DNA of 38,097 nucleotides. Source: Bacilli bacterium. Lineage in GTDB: Bacteria > Bacillota_I > Bacilli_A > ML615J-28 > CAG-698. Numbering within the stretch: the first letter of the stretch is position 1; each line of letters begins with the position of its first letter. Positions 35,923-38,097 of this stretch are shown piece after piece. The stretch lies in contig JBFXGS010000003.1 of NCBI GenBank assembly GCA_050177775.1, positions 1 through 38,097 of the forward strand. Reading direction: 5' to 3'. Both the position numbers and the translations under genes were made by a program. A model generated the notes under the pieces. The model saw only the letters and a list, made by a program, of their open reading frames with translations. It searched no databases and was not told the origin of the DNA.

Positions 35923-35947
35923 CATATGTTGGAAGGAGGCCATCTAA

Positions 35948-36346
35948 ATGGTAATGACTGATCCAATTGCGGATATGCTTACTCGCATTCGTAATGCCAA
36001 TCAAATGAAACACGAGTATGTGGAGATCCCTGCATCAAGAGTAAAGTTAGAGATTTTAAATGTTATAAAACGCGAAGGTTATATTTATGATGTTGAGCTT
36101 ATCCCCAATGATAAGCAAGGTGTTTTAAAAGTAACCATGAAATATAGTGAAAAGAAACAAAGAGTAATCAAAGGTTTAAAGAGAATATCTAAACCGGGAT
36201 TGCGTCTTTATGCAAAAGCCAGCGAAATGCCAAAAGTATTAAATGGTTTAGGTATGGCAATTGTATCAACAGCAAATGGCGTTATGACGGATAAAGAAGC
36301 GCGTCAACAAAACATTGGCGGCGAAGTTATAGCGTTTGTTTGGTAA
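35948..36346 (+). CDS. rpsH: 30S ribosomal protein S8
   Basis: [19 protein letters not shown]. Confidence 0.98.
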   Translation: MVMTDPIADMLTRIRNANQMKHEYVEIPASRVKLEILNVIKREGYIYDVELIPNDKQGVLKVTMKYSEKKQRVIKGLKRISKPGLRLYAKASEMPKVLNGLGMAIVSTANGVMTDKEARQQNIGGEVIAFVW

Positions 36347-36361
36347 TTAAGGAGGATTAAA

Positions 36362-36901
36362 ATGTCACGTGTTGGTAATAAAACGATTAAGTTCGCTCAT
36401 GGGACAACGGTCACTTTAGGAGCTAATAATCACGTTGAAGTGAAAGGCCCCAAAGGACATATCGCTTATGATTTCCATCCTGAGATGATTATTGAAGTCA
36501 AAGAAGGAACGGTTCATATCAGTCGTCCAAGTGATTCCATTGAGCATCGCACCCTTCACGGAACAACAAGAGCTCTTTTACACAATATGGTAGAAGGTGT
36601 TTCACACGAGTTTTCTAAATCTTTGGAAATCCAAGGAACAGGATTTAAAGCAGCCTTAAAAGGAAAAGTTTTAGTTCTGAATGCCGGATACTCGCATTTA
36701 GTAGAAATGCCAATTCCGGAAGGAATAACAGTTGTGGTTCCAACGCCAACTGAAATTACAGTTAAAGGTGTTGATAAACAAGTTGTCGGGCAATTCGCAG
36801 CCGAAATTTATCAGGTTCGTAAACCTGAACCATATCTTGGAAAAGGAATTCGTTACAAAGGACAAGTTGTTCGTCGTAAAGAAGGAAAGAAAGCTAAGTA
36901 G
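36362..36901 (+). CDS. rplF: 50S ribosomal protein L6
   Basis: [16 protein letters not shown]. Confidence 0.98.
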   Translation: MSRVGNKTIKFAHGTTVTLGANNHVEVKGPKGHIAYDFHPEMIIEVKEGTVHISRPSDSIEHRTLHGTTRALLHNMVEGVSHEFSKSLEIQGTGFKAALKGKVLVLNAGYSHLVEMPIPEGITVVVPTPTEITVKGVDKQVVGQFAAEIYQVRKPEPYLGKGIRYKGQVVRRKEGKKAK

Positions 36902-36918
36902 AGAGGAGACGTAAACAA

Positions 36919-37281
36919 ATGATTAAAAAGACATCACGTAACGATATGCGTTTAGTACGCCACTTACGTATTCGTAAAAACATTTCCGGAACGCCGACTC
37001 TACCTCGATTAAATGTGTTCCGTTCAAACGCTCACATTTATGCACAAATTATTGATGATGTTGCGCAAAAAACATTAGTTTCCGCATCCAGCATCGATAA
37101 AGAATTAAAATTAACCAATGGCTCAAATATTGAAGCAGCCACTCAAGTTGGAACTTTAATTGCGAAACGAGCTTTAGAAAACAACATTGAAACAATTGTC
37201 TTTGACCGCGGAGGATATATTTATCACGGACGAGTTAAAGCATTAGCCGAAGCAGCACGCGCCGCTGGCTTAAAATTTTAG
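36919..37281 (+). CDS. rplR: 50S ribosomal protein L18
   Basis: [21 protein letters not shown]. Confidence 0.98.
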   Translation: MIKKTSRNDMRLVRHLRIRKNISGTPTLPRLNVFRSNAHIYAQIIDDVAQKTLVSASSIDKELKLTNGSNIEAATQVGTLIAKRALENNIETIVFDRGGYIYHGRVKALAEAARAAGLKF

Positions 37282-37291
37282 GAGGTATTGA

Positions 37292-37819
37292 ATGCGTCAA
37301 GAACCAAGAAAACCCAAAAGAGAAGCGCCAGTAGAAGTTGTAAAAGAATTTGAAGAACGCGTTGTCAGCATCAATCACGTTGCTAAAGTTGTAAAAGGTG
37401 GTCGTCGTTATCGTTTCAGTGCGGTTGTTATTGTTGGAAACAAAAAAGGCCGTGTTGGTTTAGGAACGGGAAAAGCCATTGAAGTTCCCGATGCCATTAA
37501 AAAAGCCGTTGAAGATGCTAAGAAAAACATGATTGATGTTCAAGTTGTTAACATGACCATCCCTCATGAAATCACTGGTGTTCATGGTGCCGGTCGCGTT
37601 TTTCTAAAACCTGCCAAAGATGGAACAGGCATTATTGCCGGAGGTCCCGTTCGTGCGGTTGTGGAATTAGCGGGCATTCAAAACATTTTGTCGAAATCAT
37701 TAGGTTCATCGACTCCGATCAATATCGTCAGAGCAACTATTAATGGTTTGCAAGAATTACGCACTCTTGAACAAGTCAGTGCGATTCGTAACAAAAAACC
37801 TGAGGAGATTTTAGGATAA
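37292..37819 (+). CDS. rpsE: 30S ribosomal protein S5
   Basis: [16 protein letters not shown]. Confidence 0.98.
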   Translation: MRQEPRKPKREAPVEVVKEFEERVVSINHVAKVVKGGRRYRFSAVVIVGNKKGRVGLGTGKAIEVPDAIKKAVEDAKKNMIDVQVVNMTIPHEITGVHGAGRVFLKPAKDGTGIIAGGPVRAVVELAGIQNILSKSLGSSTPINIVRATINGLQELRTLEQVSAIRNKKPEEILG

Positions 37820-37820
37820 T

Positions 37821-38000
37821 ATGAATACTAAAGAAATTAAGATTAAGTTAGTTAAAAGTCCTTTTGGCCGAAAGCCACATCAAAGTAAAACCTTGAAAGC
37901 CCTCGGCTTAACTAAGATAAACCAAATCGTCATTAAAGAAGACAACGATGCCATTCGTGGCATGGTTGCGACTGTTGCCCATTTGGTTGAGATTCAATAG
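37821..38000 (+). CDS. rpmD: 50S ribosomal protein L30 (59 aa; absent from ORF track)
   Basis: Manual translation [59 protein letters not shown]. Confidence 0.95.
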   Translation: MNTKEIKIKLVKSPFGRKPHQSKTLKALGLTKINQIVIKEDNDAIRGMVATVAHLVEIQ

Positions 38001-38009
38001 GAGGATTGC

Positions 38010-38097
38010 ATGAAACTACATGAATTAAAGCCGGTACCCGGTGCACGCCACAGCAAAAACATTGTTGGCCGTGGCACATCAAGTGGTATGGGAAAAA
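38010..38097 (+). CDS. rplO: 50S ribosomal protein L15 (5' part, runs off window)
   Basis: [29 protein letters not shown] after AGGAGG. Confidence 0.95.
   Translation, partial: MKLHELKPVPGARHSKNIVGRGTSSGMGK

Overview
Low-GC, code-11 chromosomal segment from an anaerobic monoderm bacterium. Gene content (DUF2779, CASTOR/POLLUX-like channel, many lipoproteins) suggests an Acholeplasmatales/Izemoplasmatales-like member of the Bacilli; this is inference only. In order: 3' end of a tRNA; a NagD-like HAD phosphatase with two tandem lipoprotein amidases on Ig-like stalks; a four-gene HndABCD-type [FeFe]-hydrogenase; a Crp/Fnr (HcpR-like) regulator divergent from a NitT/TauT ABC pair that lacks an ATPase; TetR + heterodimeric ABC exporter + DUF2779 nuclease; an Ig-stalk C39-like peptidase lipoprotein; an SGNH hydrolase; a decayed CASTOR/POLLUX-like channel pseudogene; a candidate ~100-nt C-rich sRNA; a DnaQ-like/RluA/2H-phosphoesterase/OlsB-like/ECF-sigma operon; a DMT transporter, membrane protein and UDP-sugar epimerase; and the S10-spc ribosomal protein cluster (rpsJ to partial rplO). 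No mobile element or CRISPR array was seen. Best novelty candidates: (1) three surface hydrolases sharing an Ig-repeat stalk, with the amidase domain apparently inserted inside an Ig repeat; (2) the sRNA with three exposed CCCC motifs; (3) a GTAAC-N4-GTTAC operator at the class-II -41.5 position; (4) the Cas4-like/RNase H-like DUF2779 protein.
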